From contig CASDSU010000036.1 in NCBI GenBank assembly GCA_949283575.1, positions 10,110 to 74,109 on the forward strand: a DNA stretch of 64,000 bases, read 5' to 3'. The notes under the pieces are model-generated. The model searched no databases and was not told the origin of the DNA. It saw only the letters and a program-made list of their open reading frames with translations. Each line of letters opens with the position of its first letter. The stretch's first letter is position 1. The DNA is from an uncultured Eubacteriales bacterium (GTDB lineage Bacteria > Bacillota > Clostridia > TANB77 > UBA1234). Shown here piece after piece: positions 49,258 through 60,249 of the stretch. The translations under genes and the position numbers were made by a program.

Positions 49258-52200
49258 ATGCGTGAAGTTAAAAGCGAAAGAACTAGCAGAATGTACTTTG
49301 GTAAAATACAAGATGTAGTTGAAATGCCAAATCTTATACAAGTACAAAAGGATTCTTATGAGTGGTTTATAAAGAAAGGTCTTAAGGAAGTTTTAACAGA
49401 ATGTTCTCCAATCACAGACTATTCAGGAAAATTAATACTTGAATTTGTAGATTATCATTTCAATGAAGAAACAAAGTACACAATTGAAGAGGCTAAATCT
49501 AGAAATACTACTTATGCAACAAGATTGCAAGTAAAAGTTAGACTTATCAACAGAGAAACAGGTGAAGTAAAAGAACAAGAAATCTTTATGGGAGATTTTC
49601 CTGTTATGACTGACTATGGTACATTCATAATCAATGGCGCAGAGAGAGTTATTGTTTCTCAATTAGTACGTTCTCCAGGATGTTATTATGGTAGAGAATA
49701 TGACAAATTAGGTAAAAAATTATATTCAGCTACAATCATGCCTAATCGTGGTGCATGGTTAGAGTTTGAAACAGATTCTAACGATGTGTTCAACGTTAGA
49801 ATTGATAAAGCTAGAAAATTACCTGTAACATTATTCTTAAGAGCTATGGGAATTGCTACAGATAGCCAAATTTTAGAATTTTTCGGTGAAGATGAGAGAA
49901 TCCTTGCTACACTTGAAAAAGATCCAATTAAAACTGAGGACGAGGCTTTAATTGAGATTTATAAGAGACTAAGACCAGGTGAAATGCCTTCAGTAGAAGC
50001 TGCTAAGAACTTACTTACAGCGTTATTCTTTGATCCAAGAAGGTATGATTTAACAAAAGTTGGTCGTTTTAAATACAACTCAAAATTATCTCTTGCAACA
50101 AGAATAGAAGGACAAATTTCTGCAGAGAGAATAGTAAATCCAGAAACAGGAGAACTACTAGTATCAAAAGATAAAACAATTACATCTGAAATAGCTGAGG
50201 CTATTCAAGAGTCTGGTATAAATGAAGTAAAAATAAAAGTTGAAGATAAAATAATAAATGTAATCGGTAATGGAACAGTTTGGATTAGTAGTTTTGTAGA
50301 CGGAGATTTGAGTGAACTTGGAATTAAAGAGAGAGTTAACTATGCAGTATTAAAAGAAATTATAGAAACAACTAAATCAAAAGATTTATATAAAGCATTA
50401 GAAGAAAATATTGAAAGATTATTACCAAATCACATAACAAAAGAAGATATGTTTGCATCAATTAACTACGTAAACAACTTAGCTTATGGACTTGGTAGAG
50501 TTGATGATATTGACCATTTAGGAAATAGACGTGTAAGATGTGTTGGCGAATTATTACAAAACCAATTTAGAATTGGTATAACAAGACTTGAAAGAGTTAT
50601 TAGAGAGAGAATGGCTGTTCAAGACTTAGATGTAGTAACACCACAATCATTAATAAATATTAAACCAGTAGTTTCATCAATTAGAGAATTCTTTGGAAGT
50701 AGCCAATTGTCACAATTCATGGATCAAAACAATCCACTTACAGAGCTTACTCACAAGAGAAGAATTTCTACATTAGGACCTGGTGGTTTATCAAGAGATA
50801 GAGCAGGTTTCGAAGTTAGAGATATTCACCATTCACACTATGGTAGATTATGTCCTATCGAGAGCCCAGAAGGACCAAACGTTGGTCTTATCTGCTCATT
50901 GTCTACTTATGCGATAATAAATGATTATGGATTTATTGAAACTCCATATAGAATTGTAGATAAAAAGAAGGGAAGAGTTACAGAAGAAATCAGATACTTC
51001 CCAGCTGAAAAAGAAGATGAATTCATTGTAGCGCAAGCTAATGAACCATTAGATGAAAAAGGAAACTTTATAAATTCAAAAATTAAAGTTAGATATCAAG
51101 ATGAAATCATGGAGGTTAGTCCAAACGAGGTTGATTTGATGGACGTTTCTCCAAGACAATTAGTATCAGTTGCCGCAGCGTTAATTCCATTCTTAGAAAA
51201 TGACGACGCAAAACGTGCACTGATGGGATCAAACATGCAACGTCAAGCGGTTCCTCTAATAAAAACAGATTCACCTATTGTAGGTACAGGTATGGAATAC
51301 AGAACTGCCAAAGACTCAGGTGTTTGTGTTATAGCAAAAGAGGCTGGTACTGTTCAAAAAGTTACAGCTGATAAGATAACAATAAAAACTAAAAAAGGAA
51401 TAGATGAATATAACCTTATTAAATTTAAACGTTCAAACCAAGGTACATGTTCAAACCAAAGACCAATTGTAAGAAAAGGTGATAAGGTTGAAGCTGGAGA
51501 TATCATAAGTGATGGACCATCTACAGATAAGGGTGAATTAGCTCTTGGAAAGAACATATTAGTTGGATTCATGACATGGGAAGGTTATAACTATGAGGAT
51601 GCCATTCTAATCAACGAAAAATTAGTAAAAGAAGATGTTTTAACATCAATACATATAGAAGAATATGATTGTGAATGTAGAGATACAAAATTAGGACCTG
51701 AAGAAATCACAAGAGATATTCCAAATGTTGGTGATGATGCACTTAAAGATCTTGATGATAGAGGTATTATAAGAATTGGTGCTGAGGTTAGATCTGGAGA
51801 TATCTTAGTTGGTAAAGTTACTCCAAAAGGTGAAACTGAATTAACAGCTGAAGAAAGATTACTTCGTGCTATTTTCGGCGAGAAATCAAGAGAAGTTAGA
51901 GATACATCACTTCGTTGCCCACACGGTGAAGCTGGAACAATCGTAGATGTAAAAATATTTACGAAAGAAAATTCGGATGAACTTGGAACAGGAGTAAATG
52001 AAGTTATTAGAGTGTATATAGCTCAAAAGAGAAAAATTTCAGTTGGTGATAAGATGGCTGGACGTCATGGTAATAAAGGTGTTATTTCAAGAATATTACC
52101 AGAAGAAGATATGCCATTCTTACCAGATGGTACACCACTTCAAATCGTACTTAACCCACTAGGTGTTCCTTCACGTATGAATATTGGACAGGTATTAGAA

Positions 52201-52941
52201 GTTCATTTAGGATATGCAGCTAAAGCATTAGGATTTAAAGTAGCAACACCAGTTTTCGATGGTGCTAAAGACGAAGATTTTGAAGAGTTATATCAAAAGG
52301 CAGGTTTGCCTTCATCAGGTAAAACAATCCTTTATGATGGTAGAACAGGAGAACCATTTGATAATGAAGTTACAGTTGGTATCATGTATATGCTAAAACT
52401 ACATCACTTAGTAGATGACAAGATACATGCTCGTTCAACTGGACCATACTCATTAGTTACACAACAACCACTTGGAGGTAAAGCTCAATTTGGTGGACAA
52501 AGATTTGGAGAGATGGAAGTTTGGGCACTTGAAGCATATGGTGCTGCGTACACACTTCAAGAAATCTTAACAATGAAATCAGACGATACAGTTGGTAGAG
52601 TAAAAACTTACGAATCAATTGTAAAAGGTGAAAATATACCTGAACCGGGAATTCCAGAAAGCTTTAGAGTTCTTGTAAAAGAGTTACAAAGTTTAGGATT
52701 AGACATGAAATTATATAATCAAAATGATGAAAATGAAGTTGAATTAAAAGAAGATATTGATGATGACGAAATTACGCCAAGCAATGTTGCTCCAATTACA
52801 GATGAAGAACTTCAAGATAATATGTTAATCGAAGATGAAGATGGAAATATTATTGATGAAGATGGTGACGAATTCGACGATGATTTATTTGACGAAGATG
52901 AAATCTTTGTAGAAGATGATTTCGGAGATGACGAAGAGTAA
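49258..52941 (+). CDS. rpoB: DNA-directed RNA polymerase subunit beta (acidic C-terminal tail)
   Basis: 1227 aa with all conserved beta-subunit blocks; no in-frame CGG codon anywhere. Confidence 0.97.
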   Translation: MREVKSERTSRMYFGKIQDVVEMPNLIQVQKDSYEWFIKKGLKEVLTECSPITDYSGKLILEFVDYHFNEETKYTIEEAKSRNTTYATRLQVKVRLINRETGEVKEQEIFMGDFPVMTDYGTFIINGAERVIVSQLVRSPGCYYGREYDKLGKKLYSATIMPNRGAWLEFETDSNDVFNVRIDKARKLPVTLFLRAMGIATDSQILEFFGEDERILATLEKDPIKTEDEALIEIYKRLRPGEMPSVEAAKNLLTALFFDPRRYDLTKVGRFKYNSKLSLATRIEGQISAERIVNPETGELLVSKDKTITSEIAEAIQESGINEVKIKVEDKIINVIGNGTVWISSFVDGDLSELGIKERVNYAVLKEIIETTKSKDLYKALEENIERLLPNHITKEDMFASINYVNNLAYGLGRVDDIDHLGNRRVRCVGELLQNQFRIGITRLERVIRERMAVQDLDVVTPQSLINIKPVVSSIREFFGSSQLSQFMDQNNPLTELTHKRRISTLGPGGLSRDRAGFEVRDIHHSHYGRLCPIESPEGPNVGLICSLSTYAIINDYGFIETPYRIVDKKKGRVTEEIRYFPAEKEDEFIVAQANEPLDEKGNFINSKIKVRYQDEIMEVSPNEVDLMDVSPRQLVSVAAALIPFLENDDAKRALMGSNMQRQAVPLIKTDSPIVGTGMEYRTAKDSGVCVIAKEAGTVQKVTADKITIKTKKGIDEYNLIKFKRSNQGTCSNQRPIVRKGDKVEAGDIISDGPSTDKGELALGKNILVGFMTWEGYNYEDAILINEKLVKEDVLTSIHIEEYDCECRDTKLGPEEITRDIPNVGDDALKDLDDRGIIRIGAEVRSGDILVGKVTPKGETELTAEERLLRAIFGEKSREVRDTSLRCPHGEAGTIVDVKIFTKENSDELGTGVNEVIRVYIAQKRKISVGDKMAGRHGNKGVISRILPEEDMPFLPDGTPLQIVLNPLGVPSRMNIGQVLEVHLGYAAKALGFKVATPVFDGAKDEDFEELYQKAGLPSSGKTILYDGRTGEPFDNEVTVGIMYMLKLHHLVDDKIHARSTGPYSLVTQQPLGGKAQFGGQRFGEMEVWALEAYGAAYTLQEILTMKSDDTVGRVKTYESIVKGENIPEPGIPESFRVLVKELQSLGLDMKLYNQNDENEVELKEDIDDDEITPSNVAPITDEELQDNMLIEDEDGNIIDEDGDEFDDDLFDEDEIFVEDDFGDDEE

Positions 52942-52988
52942 TTCTTAGAATTCAAATTTAAGATTGTATAATAGGAAGGAGTATAAAA

Positions 52989-55900
52989 ATGGTTGATTTA
53001 GAAGTATTTGACCGTATAAAAATAGGACTTGCATCTCCAGATAAAATTAGAGAATGGTCGAAAGGCGAAGTTAAAAAACCAGAAACTATAAATTACAGAA
53101 CTTTAAAACCAGAACGCGATGGATTGTTCTGTGAAAGAATATTTGGACCAACAAAAGACTGGGAATGTCATTGTGGTAAATATAAAAGAGCTAGATATAA
53201 AGGAATTATTTGTGACAGATGTGGTGTTGAAGTTACAAAGGCAAAAGTAAGAAGAGAGAGAATGGGGCACATAGAGCTTGCTGCCCCAGTATCTCATATT
53301 TGGTACTTTAAAGGTATACCAAGTAGACTTGGATTAATGCTTGACATTACACCAAGAGCTCTTGAAAGAGTATTATACTTTGCTGCTTACATAGTTGTTG
53401 ATGCTGGTGATACATCACTTGTAAAAGGTCAAGTTCTTTCAGAGAAAGAATATAGAGAATATATTGAAAAATATGGTGAGAAATCTTTCAGAGTAGGTAT
53501 GGGTGCTGAGACAATAAAAGAGATGCTTGAAGAAATTGATGTTGAAAAATTAGCGGCAGACCTTAGAAAAGAACTTGAAAAATCTTCTGGACAAAAGAAA
53601 GCTAAAATTATTAAAAGACTTGAAACAGTTGATAGTTTTAGACTTTCAGGTAATAAACCAGAATGGATGATTTTAGATGTACTTCCAGTAATACCTCCAG
53701 ATTTAAGACCAATGGTTCAACTTGATGGTGGTAGATTTGCTACATCTGATTTAAATGATTTATATAGAAGAATTATAAACAGAAATAATAGATTAAAAAG
53801 ATTGTTAGAGCTTGGAGCTCCTGAAATTATTGTTAGAAATGAAAAGAGAATGCTTCAAGAAGCTGTAGACAGTTTAATAGATAATGGTAGAAGAGGTAGA
53901 CCTGTTACTGGACCTGGTAATAGAGCTTTAAAATCTTTATCAGATATGTTAAAAGGTAAACAAGGTAGATTTAGACAAAACCTACTTGGTAAACGTGTTG
54001 ACTATTCAGGACGTTCAGTTATCGTTGTAGGACCAGAGTTAAAATTATACCAATGTGGTCTTCCAAAAGAAATGGCTGTAGAATTATTCAAACCATTTGT
54101 AATGAAGGAGCTTGTTTCTAGAGGAATTGCACACAATATTAAGAATGCAAAGAGAATGGTTGAAAGATTAAAACCAGAAGTTTGGGATGTTTTAGAGTAT
54201 GTTATTAAAGATCATCCAGTTATGTTAAACCGTGCTCCAACACTTCATAGACTTGGTATTCAAGCTTTCGAACCAGTATTAATAGAAGGTAGAGCTATAA
54301 AATTACATCCACTTGTTTGTACAGCATTCAACGCTGACTTCGACGGAGACCAAATGGCTGTTCACTTGCCGTTAACACCAGAAGCACAAGCAGAGGCTAG
54401 ATATTTAATGTTATCTGCTAATAATCTTTTAAAACCACAAGATGGAAAACCAGTTACAGTTCCTACACAAGATATGATTCTTGGTGCTTACTACTTAACT
54501 ATCGAAAAAGATGGTGTAAAAGGTGAAGGAATGATATTCAAAGATAAAGATGAAGCTATGATGGCTTATCTTGATGGTGTAATATCAATTCATGCAAAGA
54601 TAAAAGTTAGAATGTTTAAAGAAATTGATGGAGAAACAAAATCGAAGATTATAAACACAACAATTGGTAAAATAATCTATAATGAAGTGATCCCTCAAGA
54701 TTTAGGATTGGTTGATAGATCAAATCCAGACAAAATATTTGATTTAGAAGTTGACTTCCCAGTTACAAAGAAAACGATTAAGAAGATTATTTCTGCATCA
54801 ATAAGAGTTCATGGAATTAGTGATACTGCAGAACTTCTAGATAATATTAAATCATTAGGTTATAAATATTCAACTAGAGGTGCTATAACAGTTGCTGTAT
54901 CTGATGTTATAATCCCATCGGAGAAAAAAGATATTCTAGCAGCATCTGAAGAAAAAGTTGATCAAATTACAAAACAGTACAAGAGAGGTTTGATTTCAGA
55001 CGAGGAAAGATATAACTCAGTTATTAAAGTTTGGGATAAGGCTACAAACGATATTACAGATGCCATGATTGCAAACTTTACTGAAGAAAATCCAATATAT
55101 ATGATGGCTACATCTGGAGCCCGTGGTGATATGAAACAGATCAGACAGCTAGCTGGTATGAGAGGTCTTATGGCCGATACTGCAGGTAGAACAATCGAGA
55201 TTCCTATCAGATCATGCTTTAGAGAGGGTATGGACGTTCTTGAGTATTTCGTATCAGCCCATGGTGCTAGAAAAGGTCTTGTTGATACAGCTCTTCGTAC
55301 AGCTGACTCTGGATACTTAACAAGAAGACTTGTTGACGTATCACAAGAAATCATTGTTAGAGAAGATGATTGTGGAACAACAGATGGAATGTGGGTTACA
55401 GATATTAAGAATGGTAACGAATTAATAGAAGGACTTGCAGAAAGATTAGCTGGTAGATTTGTTGCTGAGGATATTGTACATCCAGAAACAGGTGAAGTAC
55501 TAGTTGAAAGAAATACATTAATAACTGATAAGATGGCATCAGCAGTAATAGCTGCAGGTGTTACAAAGGCTAAAATTAGAACACTTCTTACATGTAGAGC
55601 TAAAAAAGGTATTTGTGCAAAATGTTATGGTAATGACTTAGCAGGTAGACAAGTTGTAAACATCGGTGAAGCAGTTGGTATTATTGCGGCTCAATCAATC
55701 GGTGAACCTGGTACACAGCTTACAATGAGAACTTTCCATATGGGTGGTCTTGCTGGTGGAGACATCACACAAGGTCTTCCTAGAGTTGAGGAGTTATTCG
55801 AAGCTAGAAAACCAAAGGGACTTGCTATAATTTCTGATATTGCAGGTACAGTAACAATAAGCGATACAAAGAAGAAGAGAGAAGCAGTTATTACAAATAG

Positions 55901-56540
55901 TGAAGAATCAAGAACATACTTAATACCATTTGGTTCAAGACTTGTAGTTCATGATGGTGATGAAATTGAAGCTGGAGATGAAATAACAGAAGGTTCAATT
56001 TATCCACAAGACATCATGAGAATTAAAGGTGCAGAAGGTGTTCAAAGATACATAGTACAAGAAGTTCAAAAAGTATATCGTAGCCAAGGTGTTGATATCA
56101 ACGATAGACATATCGAATCAATCATTAGACAAATGCTTAGAAAAGTTAAAGTTGAAGATCCTGGTGATACAGTATTACTTCCAGGAACAATGGTAGATGT
56201 GTTGACATTTGAAGAAGAAAACGAAAAAACTATTGCAGAAGGAAAGAGACCTGCAGAAGGAAAGAGAATTCTTCTTGGAATAACAAAAGCATCTCTTGCA
56301 ACAGATTCATTCCTATCAGCAGCATCATTCCAAGAAACAACAAGAGTGTTAACTGAAGCTGCTATTAAAGGAAAGATTGATCCACTAGTAGGACTAAAAG
56401 AAAACGTAATCATCGGTAAGTTAATTCCTGCTGGAACAGGTCTTATGAAGTATAGAGAGTTACAACCAATTTCAACAGAAACAGGAGAACCAACATCAAA
56501 GACAGTTCCACCAAAACAAGTTGAAGATGTAACAGAGTAA
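52989..56540 (+). CDS. rpoC: DNA-directed RNA polymerase subunit beta'
   Basis: 1183 aa with the zinc-binding [20 protein letters not shown] and NADFDGD motifs; no in-frame CGG. Confidence 0.97.
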   Translation: MVDLEVFDRIKIGLASPDKIREWSKGEVKKPETINYRTLKPERDGLFCERIFGPTKDWECHCGKYKRARYKGIICDRCGVEVTKAKVRRERMGHIELAAPVSHIWYFKGIPSRLGLMLDITPRALERVLYFAAYIVVDAGDTSLVKGQVLSEKEYREYIEKYGEKSFRVGMGAETIKEMLEEIDVEKLAADLRKELEKSSGQKKAKIIKRLETVDSFRLSGNKPEWMILDVLPVIPPDLRPMVQLDGGRFATSDLNDLYRRIINRNNRLKRLLELGAPEIIVRNEKRMLQEAVDSLIDNGRRGRPVTGPGNRALKSLSDMLKGKQGRFRQNLLGKRVDYSGRSVIVVGPELKLYQCGLPKEMAVELFKPFVMKELVSRGIAHNIKNAKRMVERLKPEVWDVLEYVIKDHPVMLNRAPTLHRLGIQAFEPVLIEGRAIKLHPLVCTAFNADFDGDQMAVHLPLTPEAQAEARYLMLSANNLLKPQDGKPVTVPTQDMILGAYYLTIEKDGVKGEGMIFKDKDEAMMAYLDGVISIHAKIKVRMFKEIDGETKSKIINTTIGKIIYNEVIPQDLGLVDRSNPDKIFDLEVDFPVTKKTIKKIISASIRVHGISDTAELLDNIKSLGYKYSTRGAITVAVSDVIIPSEKKDILAASEEKVDQITKQYKRGLISDEERYNSVIKVWDKATNDITDAMIANFTEENPIYMMATSGARGDMKQIRQLAGMRGLMADTAGRTIEIPIRSCFREGMDVLEYFVSAHGARKGLVDTALRTADSGYLTRRLVDVSQEIIVREDDCGTTDGMWVTDIKNGNELIEGLAERLAGRFVAEDIVHPETGEVLVERNTLITDKMASAVIAAGVTKAKIRTLLTCRAKKGICAKCYGNDLAGRQVVNIGEAVGIIAAQSIGEPGTQLTMRTFHMGGLAGGDITQGLPRVEELFEARKPKGLAIISDIAGTVTISDTKKKREAVITNSEESRTYLIPFGSRLVVHDGDEIEAGDEITEGSIYPQDIMRIKGAEGVQRYIVQEVQKVYRSQGVDINDRHIESIIRQMLRKVKVEDPGDTVLLPGTMVDVLTFEEENEKTIAEGKRPAEGKRILLGITKASLATDSFLSAASFQETTRVLTEAAIKGKIDPLVGLKENVIIGKLIPAGTGLMKYRELQPISTETGEPTSKTVPPKQVEDVTE

Positions 56541-56733
56541 ATAAAGAAATTTATAGATAGGTGCTGTTTTGCACAATATGCTACGAAAATCTTATATTTA
56601 CAGGTTATCATATAAGCTGATGATGGAACCTCTAAAGCAATAAAAACTTTAGGGCTATTCTATGATTAGTTGATAACGGTAGATAAGAAGATTATTTTTG
56701 TCGCTGACAAATACATTCTACACCAAACACGGT

Positions 56734-56964
56734 ATGCTGAAGATTCTTGACTTTCTCGGGTATGGTGACGCTATCATCGAGATTATTTTTGATGACAAAG
56801 GCAAGGAATTTGTTGTTGTTCATATTGTGAAAGAGCAGAATTTCAGGCTGGAGGCGATCCATAGTAAAGAACAAGATGTTATCTTATGCAGAGCAATGGA
56901 TTTTTACGATTGCATTTTTGATGCTATCGTAGGAGAGGAATTCTTCTATGAATCTGATAAGTAA
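56734..56964 (+). CDS. Hypothetical small protein in a GC-elevated (~42%) island (the track calls a TTG start at 56698)
   Basis: ORF in the island's base composition; no clear RBS, so confidence is low. Confidence 0.25.
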   Translation: MLKILDFLGYGDAIIEIIFDDKGKEFVVVHIVKEQNFRLEAIHSKEQDVILCRAMDFYDCIFDAIVGEEFFYESDK

Positions 56965-56972
56965 CTGATCGA

Positions 56973-57020
56973 CACCCCGTTGGCATGCGTGCGTGCTGAC
57001 GGGGGTTCCTTTATTTTTTA
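56973..57020 (+). terminator. GC-rich hairpin terminator (accccgt...acggggg followed by TTTATTTTTT)
   Basis: Seen in sequence. Confidence 0.5.
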
Positions 57021-57051
57021 TAAAGATAAAACTATAGCTTATGTACTGTAG

Positions 57052-57080
57052 TTGACATAAATAAACAAATGATATATAAT
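57052..57080 (+). promoter_or_regulatory. Sigma-A-like promoter (TTGACA, 17-nt spacer, TATAAT)
   Basis: Seen in sequence. Confidence 0.55.
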
Positions 57081-57115
57081 ATATAATGTTGAAAATTGCT
57101 ACAAGGAGGTCGCAT

Positions 57116-57430
57116 ATGGTCTATTCTATCGACAAAGAAGGACGTCTGAACATTCCTGATGGACTTGTTGAACTCTCTTTTGGTCTTTCTGTTAAGAGGG
57201 TAGTTCTAGCGCAAGAAGGAGAATGTAAATTCCGGTTGATTCCTTTGGAGGACATTCCGGACGATGCTAAAATCATTGCGGGGCCTATGTCGTTCGATGA
57301 TAAGCGTCGGGTGTGCTTACCCAGGCAGTTTCGTGAAAAATACTCTTCGTATGTAGAAATTTACGTCATGGGACGCAAACTGTATCTGGAAGTTCAAGGA
57401 AAAATTTCAAATGACGAAAAATCAAGATGA
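57116..57430 (+). CDS. MraZ-like protein with two tandem AbrB/SpoVT-type swapped-hairpin repeats (putative regulator or antitoxin)
   Basis: Repeats SIDKEGRLNIPDGL and SFDDKRRVCLPRQFRE resemble the MraZ DxxGR duplicated motif; RBS AAGGAGG; two in-frame CGG codons. Confidence 0.4.
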   Translation: MVYSIDKEGRLNIPDGLVELSFGLSVKRVVLAQEGECKFRLIPLEDIPDDAKIIAGPMSFDDKRRVCLPRQFREKYSSYVEIYVMGRKLYLEVQGKISNDEKSR

Positions 57431-57476
57431 GAATTTGCAGAAGCGAATTAAAGTCAAAATGGAAGTCTGAAAACTA

Positions 57477-57514
57477 AAAAGTCTGTGGAATGGTAAATTC
57501 CATAGACTTTTTGT
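57477..57514 (+). terminator. Rho-independent terminator
   Basis: aaaagtctgtggaat...attccatagacttttt. Confidence 0.65.
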
Positions 57515-57579
57515 GTTAAATAAAAGAATATGTATGCGTAAGAGTTGGCATAATTCTTAAAAGGCATTACAATATACCT

Positions 57580-58071
57580 GTGATGTATCATATCCTGAAA
57601 AATTACAGTGACTTTGTCTCGCGGACGATGAACTGGTCTGAAGAAATGGTTCTTCAGCAAGCAGAAAAAGCGAAGAAAATGATGAAAGAACTCATAAAAA
57701 ATCCAAAGACTGATAAATTTAGGCTTCTTTCTATCTTCATGTGGGGATACGATAGGAATCCTACATCTGAAGAATTGATTGAGATGCTCTTGCATCCAAA
57801 TTTGGATGGTGGTGATGTGCTCTTCTATGCTTTGGATGAGCGCTTTGATGAACTTGATGTCGTAGAGGCATTAATAAAAAAAGGCGCTATGATGAATTCG
57901 TCAATTCTACTTGAAAGGATTGCTAAAAAACTCATGAGGGATTCTGGAAATAGATCGCGTGCGGATAGAATAAGACTCTATGGTGAGATAATTACTTATA
58001 AGGAGGATAATTATTCCAATGAGAATCTTTGGATGAAAGCTTTCTATAAGTATGTCCATAGACATTTCTAA
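57580..58071 (+). CDS. Hypothetical protein (possible ankyrin-like helical repeats)
   Basis: ORF preceded by TTGGCA-17-TACAAT; no strong RBS. Confidence 0.35.
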   Translation: MMYHILKNYSDFVSRTMNWSEEMVLQQAEKAKKMMKELIKNPKTDKFRLLSIFMWGYDRNPTSEELIEMLLHPNLDGGDVLFYALDERFDELDVVEALIKKGAMMNSSILLERIAKKLMRDSGNRSRADRIRLYGEIITYKEDNYSNENLWMKAFYKYVHRHF

Positions 58072-58095
58072 TAGCGACAAAACCTAAGAAAAGCA

Positions 58096-58130
58096 AAAAT
58101 CCTCCACTTATATAAGTGGAGGATTTTTTG
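58096..58130 (+). terminator. Rho-independent terminator (13-bp perfect stem)
   Basis: aaaatcctccactt-atata-agtggaggattttttg. Confidence 0.7.
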
Positions 58131-58168
58131 TTAAATTATATTGTATATTAATGTATACTTCAAAAAAC

Positions 58169-58197
58169 TTGACTTTTGTATAGTACCCTTGTAAAAT
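58169..58197 (+). promoter_or_regulatory. Sigma-A-like promoter (TTGACT, 17-nt spacer, TAAAAT)
   Basis: Seen in sequence. Confidence 0.5.
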
Positions 58198-58266
58198 TAA
58201 CGAGTGGTAAGTACATAATATGGTAACAATTCAACCAATATCAAAATTTGATAAGGGGGCTTTTAA

Positions 58267-59466
58267 ATGGAAAATTTACTTGGTACAATCTCAATGGGCG
58301 TAAGGGCGCCAATAATTAGGGAAGGAGACAATATTGCGGAAATAGTTGCTACTTCTGTGATTAATGCAAGCAAGACACATGGCATTCCAATTCAAACCAA
58401 AGATGTCATTGCGATTACTGAATCAGTTGTTGCACGAGCAGAAGGTAACTACGTTACCGTAGACAAAATTGCTGACGATGTGAAAACATTGTTTGGCGAA
58501 GAAACAATCGGTGTCATTTTCCCAATACTAAGTCGAAATAGATTTGCAATGTGCTTCAAAGGCATTTGTAGAGCAGCTAAAAAGGTTGTTCTAATGCTTA
58601 GCTTTCCTTCTGATGAAGTAGGAAATCATTTGATCTCGGAACAAGAAATGCTTGAAAAAGGTGTATCGAGAGATGCGCTTTTGACTGAAGATAAATATCG
58701 AGAAATCTTTGGTTATACAAAGCATGAGTTCACGGGTGTGAATTACATCGAGTATTACAAGGAGTTGGCACAATCTGAAAATTGTGAAATTGAAGTTGTG
58801 CTTTCGAACGACTGCAGATCAATCCTTGACTACACAAAACACGTACTTTGTTCAGATATTCACACAAGAGAAATGACAAAACAAATCCTTAAAACTGCTG
58901 GCGCTGTAAGTGTATATGGACTTGATGACATTTGTACAAAACCTGCTGAAGGGAAGAATACAGGTTATAACGCTAAGTATGGCCTTCTTGGAAGCAATAA
59001 AGCAAATGAAGAGAGGGTAAAACTATTTCCTCAAAGTGGCGAGGCGGTTGTTCTTGAGATTCAAAGAATTCTTGAAGAACAAACTGGTGTTAAAGTTGAG
59101 GCAATGGTGTATGGCGATGGTGCTTTTAAAGATCCTGTAGGTAAGATATGGGAACTTGCTGACCCTGTTGTATCACCAGCTTATACTGAAGGACTTTGTG
59201 GAAGACCGAACGAGCTTAAGCTTAAGGCTCTTGCGGATGGGAAGTATGCTGGACTTTCTGGAGAAGCTTTGAAAGAAGCAATCAAAGAGGAAATCAAAAC
59301 TAAGGGAGAAAACCTTGTTGGAAACATGGCTTCACAAGGAACGACACCTAGACAGATAACAGATCTTCTTGGTTCTCTTGCAGATCTGACTTCAGGAAGC
59401 GGTGATAAGGGTACACCAATAATTTGGATAAAAGGATATTTCAAGAACTATGCAGACGAAGCATAA
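58267..59466 (+). CDS. CofE-like (F420-0:gamma-glutamyl ligase family) protein, extended to 399 aa
   Basis: NAKYGLLGSNKANEE resembles the CofE nucleotide-binding loop; GC ~42%; RBS AAGGGGG. Confidence 0.35.
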   Translation: MENLLGTISMGVRAPIIREGDNIAEIVATSVINASKTHGIPIQTKDVIAITESVVARAEGNYVTVDKIADDVKTLFGEETIGVIFPILSRNRFAMCFKGICRAAKKVVLMLSFPSDEVGNHLISEQEMLEKGVSRDALLTEDKYREIFGYTKHEFTGVNYIEYYKELAQSENCEIEVVLSNDCRSILDYTKHVLCSDIHTREMTKQILKTAGAVSVYGLDDICTKPAEGKNTGYNAKYGLLGSNKANEERVKLFPQSGEAVVLEIQRILEEQTGVKVEAMVYGDGAFKDPVGKIWELADPVVSPAYTEGLCGRPNELKLKALADGKYAGLSGEALKEAIKEEIKTKGENLVGNMASQGTTPRQITDLLGSLADLTSGSGDKGTPIIWIKGYFKNYADEA

Positions 59467-59475
59467 ATAAGAAGA

Positions 59476-59527
59476 AAAACTGCGTTGATGGATATATTAA
59501 TTCATCAATGCAGTTTTGATTTTTTTG
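59476..59527. terminator. Bidirectional terminator
   Basis: aaaactgcgttgatg...catcaatgcagtttt with T-runs on both strands. Confidence 0.65.
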
Positions 59528-60063
59528 TCTTTAATTTTTGTGCCACACCATTCTTTAAGTTCGCCAGTATATATTATTTTAGCATTATCAAGTTCTGTAA
59601 ATTGATATGGTCGCATTTTAACTAAAGTATTTGGGATTTCAATTCCAGCAGTTTGCAAAACGTGACCGACAAATGCACTACAGAAAAATTTGTTTTCATG
59701 TGGAAAAGTGATATTTGTTTTTGCAAAAAATAAGTTTGGTATATCAAATTTATAATCAGTTGGATGATTAACAAAATGATTAACAGTTTTGCAAATTGAA
59801 TCATATTGTTCATCTGTAATTTCTTTTTTTATTACCATACATGGAACATATTTAAATCTTCCGAAAACGTGGGTAAATGCATTTTCAACAAGAAATCCTC
59901 CAATAAGAGGATTATATGGTCTAAGTCTTCCGAAAGAATATAATTTTTCAAATTTATCGTCGAGACATAGTGATGCATGATTATAAGCTTCAGAAGTAGC
60001 AAATTTTATAACTCTTGAAAGAATTGTTCCTGATTGTGTAAGGATTATGTATATATTTTTCAC
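59497..60063 (-). CDS. YiiX/YaeF-like permuted papain-fold (C92/DUF830-like) protein, hypothetical
   Basis: YIILTQSGTILSRVIKFATSEAYNHASL and a downstream CSAFV resemble the permuted Cys/His arrangement of that family. Confidence 0.4.
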   Translation of the reverse strand: MKNIYIILTQSGTILSRVIKFATSEAYNHASLCLDDKFEKLYSFGRLRPYNPLIGGFLVENAFTHVFGRFKYVPCMVIKKEITDEQYDSICKTVNHFVNHPTDYKFDIPNLFFAKTNITFPHENKFFCSAFVGHVLQTAGIEIPNTLVKMRPYQFTELDNAKIIYTGELKEWCGTKIKDKKIKTALMN

Positions 60064-60249
60064 GCTAAAACCTCCTAATACAAATTATAGCATAGTGTTT
60101 ATATTTCGTAAACATGAAAAAACTTCTTAGTGTTCGCGTTGCAAAAAATGCGAACTTATGTTACAATTTTCTTTGTGGGCTTATACTTAAAAGCCTATAA
60201 ATCAGGAATTATATAGATATATACTCTGTGAAATCTTAAGGGGGATAAG

